Below the pieces are notes generated by a model. The model was not told where the DNA came from and ran no database searches. It saw only the letters and a program-made list of their open reading frames with translations. DNA of 64,000 nucleotides from Eledone cirrhosa (Eukaryota): assembly GCA_964016885.1 (NCBI GenBank), contig OZ024740.1:77066001-77130000 (forward strand). The letters run 5' to 3'. Position 1 is the stretch's first letter, and each line of letters opens with the position of its first letter. The position numbers and the translations under genes were made by a program. Below are positions 63,931 to 64,000 of the stretch, one piece after another.

Positions 63931-64000
63931 GGTGTTGTTAGCGATGGTATTGGAGTTGGTGTTGGTGTTGGTGTTGGTGGTGGGGCGGGTGTGCTGTTCA

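Larger units (their letters stand above)
1..64000 (+). repeat. Tandem satellite array, 74-bp G/T-rich monomer, about 860 copies, single orientation, running off both window ends
   Basis: The anchor GTTAGCGATG occurs at 21, 95, 169 and onward (period 74), and the same unit continues to the last base. Length variants of 68, 80 and 92 bp arise from gain or loss of GTTGGT/GTTGAT hexamers. Confidence 0.99.

Noticed and set aside
1-64000. CRISPR array (period about 74 bp, with a conserved half and a more variable half)
   Set aside because: The would-be spacers are near-identical to each other rather than unique, there is no palindromic repeat or leader, and no cas genes are present.
1-64000. Canonical telomerase repeat (TTGGGG, TTAGGG or TG1-3)
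   Set aside because: Such hexamers appear only as isolated variants. The 74-bp unit with heritable higher-order variants indicates recombination-based amplification rather than templated addition of a short repeat.
1-64000. Bisulfite conversion or rolling-circle/sequencing artefact as the cause of C depletion and repetition
   Set aside because: Non-CpG cytosines (GCT) are retained and A is also depleted. Variants are inherited in ordered nested blocks, unlike random errors around one circular template.

Overview
The whole 64-kb window is one uninterrupted, head-to-tail tandem repeat (satellite or very long minisatellite). It holds roughly 860 copies of a 74-bp monomer, consensus GCTGTTGATGTTGATGTTGGTGTTGTTAGCGATGGTATTGGAGTTGGTGTTGGTGTTGGTGGTGGGGCTGGAGT. 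I saw no unique sequence, inversion or insertion, and no credible gene, RNA gene, CRISPR array or mobile element. The listed ORFs are by-products of a 74-nt (3n+2) period. The consensus is 50% GC but extremely strand-skewed (34 G, 30 T, 7 A, 3 C on the + strand). It is built from GTT/GGT/GAT triplets and varies mostly by 6-bp steps. Diagnostic variants show nested higher-order structure: local dimers and trimers, an irregular 2-3.7 kb higher-order repeat in 1-23.6 kb, and near-identical multi-kb duplications (offsets 6081/6303, 7048, 4065, 3516/3738, 4578). The organism cannot be identified from this sequence, although an array of this size is most typical of eukaryotes. Coordinates were counted by hand and block boundaries are approximate to about one monomer.
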